From an archaeon (GTDB lineage Archaea; EX4484-52; WAPT01), in assembly GCA_029258795.1 (NCBI GenBank), contig JAPDKB010000009.1, forward strand, positions 1-64,000: DNA of 64,000 bases. Direction: 5' to 3'. The position numbers and the translations under genes are program-made. This document shows positions 10,249 through 20,544 of this stretch, piece by piece (positions within the stretch are counted from its first letter, which is position 1; each line of letters begins with the position of its first letter). The notes below the pieces were generated by a model. That model was not told the DNA's origin. It was given only the letters and a program-made list of their open reading frames with translations, and searched no databases.

Positions 10249-11091
10249 ATGGTATTGGAATTAGTGATCAATAGCACCATCAAAAGAAACGAGAAATATT
10301 TGATTGTTTACTCGTTCATTGTCACGTCCATCGCGCTCTTTGTATCTTACTACATATTTCCGACAGCATCCTCTATTGTTTCCCTTTTTTTCATAACCAT
10401 AACCATGATGCCCGCATTTTACAGGCTTCTTATAGAGGAGGAGGAAACGCTGGAAAGGTTGTGTTGGGGTAAAAAGACAAAAAAACATCTCGTGTTGGAG
10501 AGCACACTTTCTCTTTTCGAACGGAACAGAAAAGTTATAATGGCATATGCATATCTTTTCGTCGGAGTTGCATTTTCGATGACCTTCTGGTATACTATAC
10601 TTCCACAAGATTACGTTACTCATCTCTTTTCTTTCCAGGAAAAGACGATTCAGGCAATAAGGGGTATGGCCACCACCCCGTTTCAAGATTTCCTTATAAT
10701 ATTCTTCAATAATTTGAGAGTCTCTTTCGTTGCTTTCATGTTATCGTTCTTTTTTGGCACCGGCGCTTTATTCGTTATAACGTGGAACGCAAGCGTTGTG
10801 GCTGTATTTTTCGGAAATATAGCGAGAGATTTGATCAATGCCGGGTTGAGTAAGGGACTGGCAGCTTTGCTTGCGTTTTTCTTGGGCAGCTCATCAATCT
10901 TTCTCCACGCTGTGCCTGAAATCACCGCTTACTTCCTTGCAGGAATTGCAGGGGGTGTGCTTTCCATAGGCGTGTATCGTGGCAGATACACAACTCAAAT
11001 AGTAGAAGATGCTCTCACCATCTACCTCTGTTCCGTTGCAGTGCTTCTATTTGCGGCGTTTATAGAAGCATATATAACGCCCGCGCTATAA
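10249..11091 (+). CDS. SpoIIM/DUF95 family membrane protein
   Basis: IFFNNL...WNAS...HAVPEITAYFLAGIAG motif, multiple TM helices. Confidence 0.85.
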   Translation: MVLELVINSTIKRNEKYLIVYSFIVTSIALFVSYYIFPTASSIVSLFFITITMMPAFYRLLIEEEETLERLCWGKKTKKHLVLESTLSLFERNRKVIMAYAYLFVGVAFSMTFWYTILPQDYVTHLFSFQEKTIQAIRGMATTPFQDFLIIFFNNLRVSFVAFMLSFFFGTGALFVITWNASVVAVFFGNIARDLINAGLSKGLAALLAFFLGSSSIFLHAVPEITAYFLAGIAGGVLSIGVYRGRYTTQIVEDALTIYLCSVAVLLFAAFIEAYITPAL

Positions 11092-11093
11092 CT

Positions 11094-11816
11094 TCACTCC
11101 ACCTCTATTATTCTCCATCCAGAAGGTGTTATTTCAAACGGGTATATGAGGGTGGAGTGATTTGTCCTTCTCATCTTCCTTATGGTTATGGTACGTTTGA
11201 ACTCCTCAGATACAGGCACGAAATCGAGCTTTATGACTGAGTCCGCAAGGTATTCTATTATGCCTGATCCGCTTAACCCCTCTCCCGTTTCTGGAACTTC
11301 TCCAGTCATTACGGTGGTGACATTCAGCTCTCTCAACTTCTCCATCAAGTTCATGATCGCGACTCTGGCTAGGTATTTGTCGTGGATGAACATCTCCAGC
11401 ACGGATATGGAATCAAGCACAAGGCGCCTTGCTCCGATTTCCACAACAGCATTGTAAAGATTCTGATAGATATCGAGGATGTAGTTTTTTGTAATTCTTG
11501 CTATATCACTATCTATTGGTTTCTCAGGAAACAGGGGTTTGAGCGTAACGAATTTCACGAGTCCCTGCTGTTCAAGCATATCGAAATCCCATCCGAACAT
11601 GTTTCGCATATCTTCCTTTATGTCTGTAACCCTCTCTTCTGTGGTCGCATACACTCCGGGCTCGCCAAGCTGCGCTCCAGCATAAATGAAAGAGCACGAG
11701 AATTGAGTTTTTCCGGTTCCCGTTTTACCAACAACAAGATTAACGGAGCCCTTAACAAAACCCCCCTCCATTTTATCATCAAGCCCGGGAATGCCGGTGG
11801 TTACTCTTTCGACCAT
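11094..11816 (-). CDS. KaiC/RAD55-like ATPase
   Basis: TGIPGLD, GKTGTGKT, RLVLDS, IEYLADSVI, RKMRRTNHS. Confidence 0.92.
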   Translation of the reverse strand: MVERVTTGIPGLDDKMEGGFVKGSVNLVVGKTGTGKTQFSCSFIYAGAQLGEPGVYATTEERVTDIKEDMRNMFGWDFDMLEQQGLVKFVTLKPLFPEKPIDSDIARITKNYILDIYQNLYNAVVEIGARRLVLDSISVLEMFIHDKYLARVAIMNLMEKLRELNVTTVMTGEVPETGEGLSGSGIIEYLADSVIKLDFVPVSEEFKRTITIRKMRRTNHSTLIYPFEITPSGWRIIEVE

Positions 11817-14800
11817 TCTTTTCTCACCTTTTCAAGCCGTTTCTTAATATCCTTTATCCTTTTCTCAACCTCCTCCAACTTCACAGTTTCTCGTTTTTGG
11901 GGTAAAGCTTTAAGTGCTTCAACCTTTTCTTTTCTCGGTTTTCTTATTATGAACGAACCCCTAACTTTATTTAACATCTCCTCTATATTAAACTTTTTCT
12001 CACCACTTTTTGGTACGGCGGTTTTTTCCTTTTCTTTCATTTTCTTTTTCTCACGCTCTTTTTCGGCTTTCCTCTTTGCACGGTATTCCATCACATGGAG
12101 GTGAAGAAGCATTCCTTTGTCTTCCTCAAGCTCTTTTATCTCGGCTCTTGTTCTGAGCACCTTTTCCTGTATCTCACTTATCATTTTGTTGAATGTGGCT
12201 TCATCCAACTCTCTTTTGAAATACTGCTTCTGTATGCTCTTTCTTGTTTCTACCAGTGTGTTTAGCTTTTCTTTCGCTTCGGAAAGTTTTCTGTTGATCC
12301 TTATCAACGGCAATAATAGAAGTTCTGTAAGAATCGCCATGATGGCGGCAAGTAGAAGCGCCAGCATTATCTCCTTCCTGTATTCATGAACGAATATCCT
12401 CACTCTGGCCATGAATATTCTGTTTTCTATTCCTTCTATTTTCTGGGCTATTATCTCATTCACTTCCTTAAGACATTGCTCATCATTCTTCAATATACAA
12501 TCACTATGTGCTTTCTTTATCAATCCATCTATATCTTTCAGCTCCTTTTCATAAAGGTGTGTTTGATTCACACTCTTCAAAAATCTGACGAGTTTGTTGT
12601 AACTGTTCACTAGCGACCTCAGGTTTTTAACCTCCTCGCTTTCTATCACTTTGACAGTTAGTGGGAGGGATTTTGAAACATTCTCATAGCTGTATTGAAC
12701 CACTAAAAGATATTCGCCTGCTTGCAGATAGAGGGGTGCACTTATCTCTATCAGCACCGTTCTTTCTTCTTTTGGAGAAAGGTATATAACTTTTGGTGCA
12801 GACGCTTGTAATTCACCCTCAACATCTACACCACCCAATAAAACGATTTCGACAGGATTCGGATTTATGAGAATTAGTGCTACTGAACCATCCTTTCCTT
12901 GCTCTATCTCCACAACATCTTTCGTCAGCCTCATCTGGAATTCCTCGATTTTTATCGGGAGGGTGGTGAAGTTCCCAGCCATTCCTCCGGTTGCTCCGCC
13001 CTTTTCACCACCTCCGCCACCCTCACCTGCCTGAGCTAACACTTCCTGTCCTATCACAACATTTCTTACCACACTTTTCTCATTTCTATTTACATCACTT
13101 ACGTAAACCATCACCTTCGCTTCTTCAACTCCGACAAAGGGACTGAAGGCCTGAAGATTCGCATACCTGCCTAGTTGACCAGCATAGACAAGGGTGGCGT
13201 ATGGATATCTCGTTTGCGGATTGGAGCATCCATCTAAGCACCACGCTTCCGCACCGGAAATCCAAGTTACTGGCTGACCTCTGGCGTTTTTAACTTCTAT
13301 GACCAGCGGAATGTACTGTAAGTACTCGTGAGAGGACGCGGGCTCAATTACGGTCACGTTGAACTCCCTGTAAACTCTGATCACAAAGCTCCTGTTCATA
13401 GCAACATTTCCATCCTTTTCAACCCAGACCGTCACGTTATAGGTTAGAAAGCTCTGATTTTCCAATATTGGAGGATCATACATCTCTATTCTGTAGAGCA
13501 GAGTGTTCACACTCGAGCTTCCAGTACCTGAGAGTTCAATCACTTTTATACCGGACATGTTTATGATCGCATGATATGTAAAGTCATTTACAGTGTTGTT
13601 GTTAACATCTCTCACATCAAAGATAGCTCTTATGTACTCTCCTTTGTTGTAGGAGTAGTATGCTGGCTCAACATTAAAGTAGGGATAAACGTCTGTTGCA
13701 TTAAAGGAGTCATAAGGAGACACGGCCACATTATTTCCCGCGTCTTTGGCGAATATCCTAACCCAATATACACCGGTTACGGGTATGTTCTGATACGTAG
13801 CTTGGAAGTGTGTGGCGTTAAACCTTACCATGGTTATGTTCAGTGCTGTTCCGTTTGGCAGTGTTATCTCCGCCACAACACTCTCTACTAGAGTCTCATG
13901 ATCGATCACTTTGGTTGTGATTGTTACAGGACTCATCAAATTTGTATAATTTGGCTTTATATCGACCATCTCGATGGATGGCGCGACATCATCTGTAGGT
14001 ATCACGGTCAGATTTATCACCGAAAAATTGAAGTTCTTTGAAGTGTTTATGGTGACGTTGATGAGTGTTGAACCCGTGCTGTTTAACGTGATGTTCCATC
14101 CCACAAGCAAACCGTTCGGATTGTCCTCATAGTAGATGTGGTCAAATCTTTTGCTTCCGTTCTCTCCTTGTGCAAGATAAGCAACACTTGTGTTTTCTAT
14201 TGTTATGTTGAGTGTCACATTTTGGAGGTCGCCATTCTTTATCAGCACGATCCAAGTCATGTTGTGGTGGAGAGCCGTTAACGGCAATTTTACTGTACCA
14301 GAGTAAGTTTCCGCATAAATAATCTCGCCCACACCATAATCGACAAAGAACCAAGAATGATTTGCTGCAGAGCCGATGGTGTCGGATACAGTGACATTAA
14401 TGCTGTAGTTTCCGGATTGCGTCACTCCATAATAAGTTCCACAGTAAACGAAGAAATCACCAGTTGTGTTGCAGAATTCCAAGTGAAGCGTTTCTGATGA
14501 GCCTCTGGGCTTGGTGACATTTACGCTAACGGAGCTTATCTCCGTTATGTTCCCTTTAACCCAAACCGAGATGTTAAGTGGACTTTCTATTGTGGAGATC
14601 TTGGCATTCCTGACGTCCACGATCATCTTTAGCACGCGGAAGGTCATGTTCACACTCTCATTTATGTAATTTCCTGCATCATCTTCAGCATAGATGGACA
14701 GTATCGTATAGTTCCCCACCTGACTTGTGTTCGTTATGGAGAAAAGCCATACTCCATAGTTCCCACTTCCATTCACGATTTCAACTTCACCATCTTGCTT

Positions 14801-17800
14801 CTTAACGTAAAGCTTTGAGGAGTTGACATCAACATTGTCCACAATCCATGCTACGAAACGAACAACATCACCAGCATAATATTCCGTTCGGTTATCCTCG
14901 AACCAATAGCCCAATATGGTTGGCGGAGTCGTGTCGTTTACCGTTACATTGATACCTCTTTCCAGTATTGATGTACCGTTCTCCATCACCCTTGTTAGGA
15001 ATGTGTAATTGCCTGCGTTTTCTACGGTTACGTTCCACACCACCAATCCCGTGGTATTTGGAGCTATGTTCCCTAGATGTTGGATGAACTCTGGGGTGAT
15101 GGTGATGTTGCAGTAGTTGTTGTAACATTCTGGAGGCACAAGCTCGATACTTACGTTTATGGCTGTACCGCTATGATTGGCATCGAGCAGGTTGGTTACA
15201 TTCAGCACCAGCTGAAATGTCTCGTTCTGAGCGAAATGGGTTCTGGCTGGAGAGGTGTTGAGCTCAGCAACCATATTGGATATGCGAAGCAAAGTGTCAT
15301 CCCTATAGCTACCAGAAGAGAAACATGCATACCATCTTTCCACGATGTCCTGAGCTGAAACTTTCTCTCCGAAAAGATAACCTTCAACACCGCAGTAGTT
15401 TGTTGGATTGGTTATGTTAACGTTCCATCCAAGGAGAGAATCACCATCTGTAATAGGAGTAAGATTACACGCCTCGGTTAATGATGTGTAATTGATTATT
15501 GTGTAAGCAGGAGCGCCATTTAAGATTCCGCACGTAGATGGAGGGATCATGAAGCTAAGCTCGCCTCTATCCACGGTTTTATTGAAAGTGAAGTTGAGGA
15601 TGAAAGGTGACACCACCCAGTAGTTGGATTCGTTTGTTCCATTTATCAGCACTCTTAGCTCGGGTTTAACAACAAAGAACGTAAGCCCCAATTTTGTAGT
15701 GTTTGCATGACCGAACACATCAGCAAGCTGGAGCGATGTTATGTTATACTTACCAAGGGTATCTCCAGCTACAGCCACCCTCCACACTCCAAGAGTGTTC
15801 GTGCCCTCAAGAAGATAAGCATAAACAACCTTCTCCGTGCCGTTCGGTAGGGTAACGTTAGCTTTAACACCTGCCACTCCGGCCGTGTCATTTACTCCCA
15901 CATCCAAGTAGAAAACCTCGCCCTCGAATATTCTCACATCTCCATAGATCGCATCACTTCCGGGTGTTGTGTTCACGCTAATGATCTCCGGGGGCTTCTC
16001 GTCAACATAATATTTCAAAGCGTACATTTTCGTGTTTCCAGCTATATCGCTAACCCAAACATTCAGGATGTGCCATCCGTCTCCGCTGAGATGGGGAGAG
16101 AAAGCCACCCCGTTACCTATCGTTACATTCGTGCCGTTCTCTAGCTCAACCACGCCTGTATTGTTCGTGGTTCCATAATAATCGAAGTTATCCTCCCATT
16201 CAAAGGTTAGCGGTGTGGTGTTAAGAATAACCGAGAGGTTTTGAGGAGTAACACTCGTGAGCTCGGGTGGTGTGTAATCTGTGGAGAAGGTGAAGGTTCT
16301 GGTTGAGGTCAGGTTAGCACCGTTTTTAGCAGTTATGGTGATTTTGCACTCTCCGTATCCTTCACTCATACAGTACTCTGGCAGCACAACCTCCAGTTTT
16401 GAACAATCAAAAACACCATTTACATATTCAGTTGTGTAATTGCATTCGACCACATCGCTGTGCGCATCGGTGATTGAAAGCGTAATATTGAAGGTTTTGC
16501 CGTGCCACGAGTTTTGAGGAGGACTCACTAGCTCCATTTCTGGGGGGGAGTTATCGACCTGCAGATAAACGGTGGTGTGATTAACATTTCCAGCTTTATC
16601 AGCAGCTGTAAGCTTTATTCCGCATTCTGGAGTGTTTGAATCCTGACACAGAGAAGTGAAGAACTCCACCACCTGATGAGATCCGCACGACACATCAGCT
16701 AGCTTTTGCCACGATGCGGTCGAGTTTTTGCGATAATAGATTGTGACATCATCACAATTAATATCGTTGACTGTGTAATTGATTGAGATGGTGTTGCTCA
16801 CCAAGGAGCTGTTTTCGGGGGAGTGTATCGCGACGGTTGGTGGTGTGGTATCTATTATGAATTGTGAAAAGACCGCAGACATGTGTCCCGCGGTATCACT
16901 TACGTTGAACTGGATGGTGTAGACGTCATCTCGGTATGCTGAGAAATCAAGTGTTTCGTTGAACTCGCATGTTGTTGCACCACCCACAGTGGTGTTCATC
17001 CCGCTAAAAATAACACTTCCCGTACTGTTCGTTACCGTGTAGTTGCAGCTTGACAGTCCCGTGCCCTTCTCTCCAACCAGATAAATCTGTATGTGAGTCG
17101 TGTTGTGATAGGAATCGCGCTCCGGCAGCAGGATCATGGCGGATGGGTAAGTGTTATCAATGTTAATCTTCACCATTACTTCTCCCACGTTTCCCGCGAT
17201 GTCCGTCGCATTTACGATAATGTAGTGGGTGCCGTTATAGGCCGAGGAGTTCCACGTGGCTGTGTAATCGTTAGCGGAACTGAGCTCCCCACTTTCAATC
17301 AGGTTCCAGGTGGAGTTGAAAATGTAGTAGAAAGCGCTCCCTTCTGCACCGCTTCCTTTATCGGAGAGCTGCACCTTTATCGTTACATTTCCGCTCTGAA
17401 CGGAGTTGTTTTCTGGGCTCAGGACTAGAATTGTGGGTGGCGCCCTGTCTATGGATATGTTTGCCGCGGCTTCTTTTATGCTTTCTTCATGTCCCGCAGC
17501 ATCCACGGAGTAGTATCTCAGGTAATAGGTGCAGGCTTCTCCCTCCGGACAGCCAGTTAAAACGGGAGTTGTGTACTCATTTTCTGGATCGCATGCTGGC
17601 GAAGCACTCAAACAATAATATGTCCTGTAGCATCCTGAAGCGGCGTCATCGCAGCTCAGCTCTATGGCTATATTATGGCTGAGCCAGCTCCATCCGTTGG
17701 CTTGGATGTAAGCGCTATAGTTATCGGTGGTTGTGGGCGGGTTAACGTCAAGGAGGTAATGTATCCTCGTGTGATTGGTGTTGTTGAATAGATCGAAAAT

Positions 17801-20503
17801 CCAAACATCAAGCCAGACATCACCCTCATCACTTTCATTCCAGCCCGGATAGAACGGGTAGTTGATAGCGAAAGTTAAGTTGGTGCCATTGCCGTTGTTT
17901 CTTATGCCTGTCGAGTTGAGACCTGCGTTTCTTTCTTCAGGCATGTCGATAGCAGAGATATTTATCCAGTTCTCGAGCGTGATGATGGAGTTGTTAACAG
18001 GATCTATATTACTGATAATGGGGGGGTCAACATCCGCAAAAAACCTCAGAGTTGTGGCGTTAACGTTTCCAGCATTATCCCACACCCAGACCTTCAGGCT
18101 GTGCCATCCTGATGTTTCAAACTCAACCTGGAATGGTACGCCATTTTGGACTGTTATGTTCGTGCCGTCAAGCTCAACTATGCCTGTGTCATTTGTACCG
18201 CTTCTGTATTTAGTTCCCACGTTATCGATCCAGGAAACGGGATCGTCCCAAGTAAGGTTAATATTCAATCTTTTCCATACCACGGAATTGTTTTCGGGTA
18301 TGGATGCTATAACCGGTGGTTTCGTATCCAGCTTGTAAGTTAGATCGGTTACGTTTGTATTTCCAGCCTCGTCCCAGCAGAAAATTTTCAGGGTGTATGT
18401 TCCGTCCTTCAGTCCTTCAAATGGCAGGAATTCGGTTCCATTCTCCGTTAAGTTATGTTTAACCAGCTGATCAGATGTGTTGTAAATATAGTAGTGTACA
18501 TCACCTTTTGCTTTCCAGTCGTCATAAACCAGAACCGTAAATCTCGAGCTCGGACTGACCCAGCTGTTTTCTGAAGGTGTGATGGTGAACCACGGTGGTG
18601 TGGTGTCGTAAACGACCCAGTTGTAGTTCGGCTTGCCGCTGAGATCATACGCTATATTTCCCGCTTTGTCCCTAAACCTGAAATACACGGTCCTGTTTCC
18701 CTCAGAACTGGAACAGCCCGCTGCAGCGCTGGTTATATCAACCTCAACGAGTTTGTAGAAGTTGTAATCCTGACCGTTAGACTCCTCGCCATCCTGCAAA
18801 TCCGACCATGCTATCCACCCCGACCAGCTGGAGTTATCGCACGAATAAGAAACGTAAGCTGGCAGATCCGTGATTTCAAATACACTTGCGGCGCTTTCTC
18901 GGTACCGATAGTAGAGTTTAAACTCGGCCGTTTCGGTATTCACAAAATGTTGACCCGCAACAACATACGGAGTTTGTGGACGCGTTTTATCTACAACCAG
19001 AGTTAAATTAGCAAATCCACCCCAATCATTCTCGCTATCCTGACATCTCACGCCTACATTATAGGTGCCGTCAGGAAGGTCGCTTACGTTGATATAAGTT
19101 GAAAAGTTGTTGTAGTAGTAGGAGTAGTAATAATCAGTAGTGAGCTGAACGGGTAGTTTGTAATCCTCACTGTAAACAAAGCCTCCCGTCTTTGAGATCG
19201 AAGAATAATTCACAACATACTGCCATGAATCCAGTTTAGAGAGTTGGTCAGGGTCGTATTTCCATCTGCAGGTTTCAACCCACGACAATTCAGACCATGA
19301 CCATACATAATAGCACACATATCTCATATACCAAGGATCCTTTCTTAACTCACAAACCCCTTCTATTTGTGGATATCCGCTGTACTCACAGTATGAATCA
19401 AGCGGGTCGCATGTTACATTTCTATCCAGAACTACTTTTATTGCGCGAGGCTCCGTCAAAAAGCCGATAACCCTACGCATGATCTCTAACCTTTTCAGAT
19501 CATCCTCAATGGTTGCCCATTCAAAACCAAAGAGAACGACTTTGTAGGAATTTGTGCCGTTGTCATGAGTTATTGCGGTAACACCATTAAAAGGTTCTTG
19601 AGTACCTAGGTATCCCCCCACACATTCATACAAGTAAAGCCGCACTCTTCGTTCACATGGGTAGTACGTGTTGCCAAATATGTCCTCTTGAGCTTCTCCT
19701 GGATCAAGACAAACAAAATTTAATGCAGAATTATCATCTATAAATTCTAACGAATAAATATAAGGAGAAGAAGAATTTAGAATAGTGATATTGATCTGAC
19801 TCCACTCACCATAACACCTGCCCCTCCATAGGGATCCATCACAGATATATCCTGTGATGCTACCCTCAAAAATACCTTCATGATAAAAAATATTCGGAGC
19901 TGTTTGAGAAAGACTGATAGGATCATCCTCGTAGTCATCTCCTATAAACGTGTTTGGCTTGCCCACAATATTTGCATCCACGTATGGACTGTTCGACTTG
20001 CACAGTTTGATGTGTAAATAGTTTTTAAGGAAATCAAGATCCTCAATACTTTCCATCCAGTTCTCTCCACTCAAAAAAAGTTTTCCCCCAGAAGCAAGAT
20101 ATTCTTTGAGATTATTAATATCTGTCTCTTTTAGCGCTTCGTCGCTTAGATCCGTTCCAGTGAACCAGATCACTATATCAAAATTCATAAGATCTTCGGA
20201 TGTGAGTGGTAAAGCGTTAGAGGCATGAGTGTTATAATAACAAAACTCTCCAGGTTTAAGTTCGACCCACCCGTTTTCTGAAATACAAGACCCACGATCG
20301 TTAAACCCTAGAGCACTCAGCGTGGTTTTATATTTATCTAACATTTCAGAAGGATTAATAAGTGTGGGGTCGATTGCATCATAAACCAGCAAAATTTTCG
20401 GTAGTGGTGTTTCAGCAGCATGCACAAGCTGAGAAGCAGAGCTAATGGTAATCAGCGTTACTGTAAATGCTGTTAAAACCAGCAAAATTTTGGCTAACCG
20501 CAT
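11801..20503 (-). CDS. giant cell-surface protein with Ig-like repeats and C-terminal TM anchor (~2900 aa)
   Basis: signal peptide MRLAKILLVL; repeated D(T/K)TPP...D(K/I)AGN Ig-like modules; abundant NxT/S; Gly-rich linker, coiled coil, TM helix, charged cytoplasmic tail. Confidence 0.85.
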   Translation of the reverse strand: MRLAKILLVLTAFTVTLITISSASQLVHAAETPLPKILLVYDAIDPTLINPSEMLDKYKTTLSALGFNDRGSCISENGWVELKPGEFCYYNTHASNALPLTSEDLMNFDIVIWFTGTDLSDEALKETDINNLKEYLASGGKLFLSGENWMESIEDLDFLKNYLHIKLCKSNSPYVDANIVGKPNTFIGDDYEDDPISLSQTAPNIFYHEGIFEGSITGYICDGSLWRGRCYGEWSQINITILNSSSPYIYSLEFIDDNSALNFVCLDPGEAQEDIFGNTYYPCERRVRLYLYECVGGYLGTQEPFNGVTAITHDNGTNSYKVVLFGFEWATIEDDLKRLEIMRRVIGFLTEPRAIKVVLDRNVTCDPLDSYCEYSGYPQIEGVCELRKDPWYMRYVCYYVWSWSELSWVETCRWKYDPDQLSKLDSWQYVVNYSSISKTGGFVYSEDYKLPVQLTTDYYYSYYYNNFSTYINVSDLPDGTYNVGVRCQDSENDWGGFANLTLVVDKTRPQTPYVVAGQHFVNTETAEFKLYYRYRESAASVFEITDLPAYVSYSCDNSSWSGWIAWSDLQDGEESNGQDYNFYKLVEVDITSAAAGCSSSEGNRTVYFRFRDKAGNIAYDLSGKPNYNWVVYDTTPPWFTITPSENSWVSPSSRFTVLVYDDWKAKGDVHYYIYNTSDQLVKHNLTENGTEFLPFEGLKDGTYTLKIFCWDEAGNTNVTDLTYKLDTKPPVIASIPENNSVVWKRLNINLTWDDPVSWIDNVGTKYRSGTNDTGIVELDGTNITVQNGVPFQVEFETSGWHSLKVWVWDNAGNVNATTLRFFADVDPPIISNIDPVNNSIITLENWINISAIDMPEERNAGLNSTGIRNNGNGTNLTFAINYPFYPGWNESDEGDVWLDVWIFDLFNNTNHTRIHYLLDVNPPTTTDNYSAYIQANGWSWLSHNIAIELSCDDAASGCYRTYYCLSASPACDPENEYTTPVLTGCPEGEACTYYLRYYSVDAAGHEESIKEAAANISIDRAPPTILVLSPENNSVQSGNVTIKVQLSDKGSGAEGSAFYYIFNSTWNLIESGELSSANDYTATWNSSAYNGTHYIIVNATDIAGNVGEVMVKINIDNTYPSAMILLPERDSYHNTTHIQIYLVGEKGTGLSSCNYTVTNSTGSVIFSGMNTTVGGATTCEFNETLDFSAYRDDVYTIQFNVSDTAGHMSAVFSQFIIDTTPPTVAIHSPENSSLVSNTISINYTVNDINCDDVTIYYRKNSTASWQKLADVSCGSHQVVEFFTSLCQDSNTPECGIKLTAADKAGNVNHTTVYLQVDNSPPEMELVSPPQNSWHGKTFNITLSITDAHSDVVECNYTTEYVNGVFDCSKLEVVLPEYCMSEGYGECKITITAKNGANLTSTRTFTFSTDYTPPELTSVTPQNLSVILNTTPLTFEWEDNFDYYGTTNNTGVVELENGTNVTIGNGVAFSPHLSGDGWHILNVWVSDIAGNTKMYALKYYVDEKPPEIISVNTTPGSDAIYGDVRIFEGEVFYLDVGVNDTAGVAGVKANVTLPNGTEKVVYAYLLEGTNTLGVWRVAVAGDTLGKYNITSLQLADVFGHANTTKLGLTFFVVKPELRVLINGTNESNYWVVSPFILNFTFNKTVDRGELSFMIPPSTCGILNGAPAYTIINYTSLTEACNLTPITDGDSLLGWNVNITNPTNYCGVEGYLFGEKVSAQDIVERWYACFSSGSYRDDTLLRISNMVAELNTSPARTHFAQNETFQLVLNVTNLLDANHSGTAINVSIELVPPECYNNYCNITITPEFIQHLGNIAPNTTGLVVWNVTVENAGNYTFLTRVMENGTSILERGINVTVNDTTPPTILGYWFEDNRTEYYAGDVVRFVAWIVDNVDVNSSKLYVKKQDGEVEIVNGSGNYGVWLFSITNTSQVGNYTILSIYAEDDAGNYINESVNMTFRVLKMIVDVRNAKISTIESPLNISVWVKGNITEISSVSVNVTKPRGSSETLHLEFCNTTGDFFVYCGTYYGVTQSGNYSINVTVSDTIGSAANHSWFFVDYGVGEIIYAETYSGTVKLPLTALHHNMTWIVLIKNGDLQNVTLNITIENTSVAYLAQGENGSKRFDHIYYEDNPNGLLVGWNITLNSTGSTLINVTINTSKNFNFSVINLTVIPTDDVAPSIEMVDIKPNYTNLMSPVTITTKVIDHETLVESVVAEITLPNGTALNITMVRFNATHFQATYQNIPVTGVYWVRIFAKDAGNNVAVSPYDSFNATDVYPYFNVEPAYYSYNKGEYIRAIFDVRDVNNNTVNDFTYHAIINMSGIKVIELSGTGSSSVNTLLYRIEMYDPPILENQSFLTYNVTVWVEKDGNVAMNRSFVIRVYREFNVTVIEPASSHEYLQYIPLVIEVKNARGQPVTWISGAEAWCLDGCSNPQTRYPYATLVYAGQLGRYANLQAFSPFVGVEEAKVMVYVSDVNRNEKSVVRNVVIGQEVLAQAGEGGGGGEKGGATGGMAGNFTTLPIKIEEFQMRLTKDVVEIEQGKDGSVALILINPNPVEIVLLGGVDVEGELQASAPKVIYLSPKEERTVLIEISAPLYLQAGEYLLVVQYSYENVSKSLPLTVKVIESEEVKNLRSLVNSYNKLVRFLKSVNQTHLYEKELKDIDGLIKKAHSDCILKNDEQCLKEVNEIIAQKIEGIENRIFMARVRIFVHEYRKEIMLALLLAAIMAILTELLLLPLIRINRKLSEAKEKLNTLVETRKSIQKQYFKRELDEATFNKMISEIQEKVLRTRAEIKELEEDKGMLLHLHVMEYRAKRKAEKEREKKKMKEKEKTAVPKSGEKKFNIEEMLNKVRGSFIIRKPRKEKVEALKALPQKRETVKLEEVEKRIKDIKKRLEKVRKEWSKE

Positions 20504-20544
20504 CTTAATCAAAACATGCAATCTAATCTTAATATGGTTTACTC

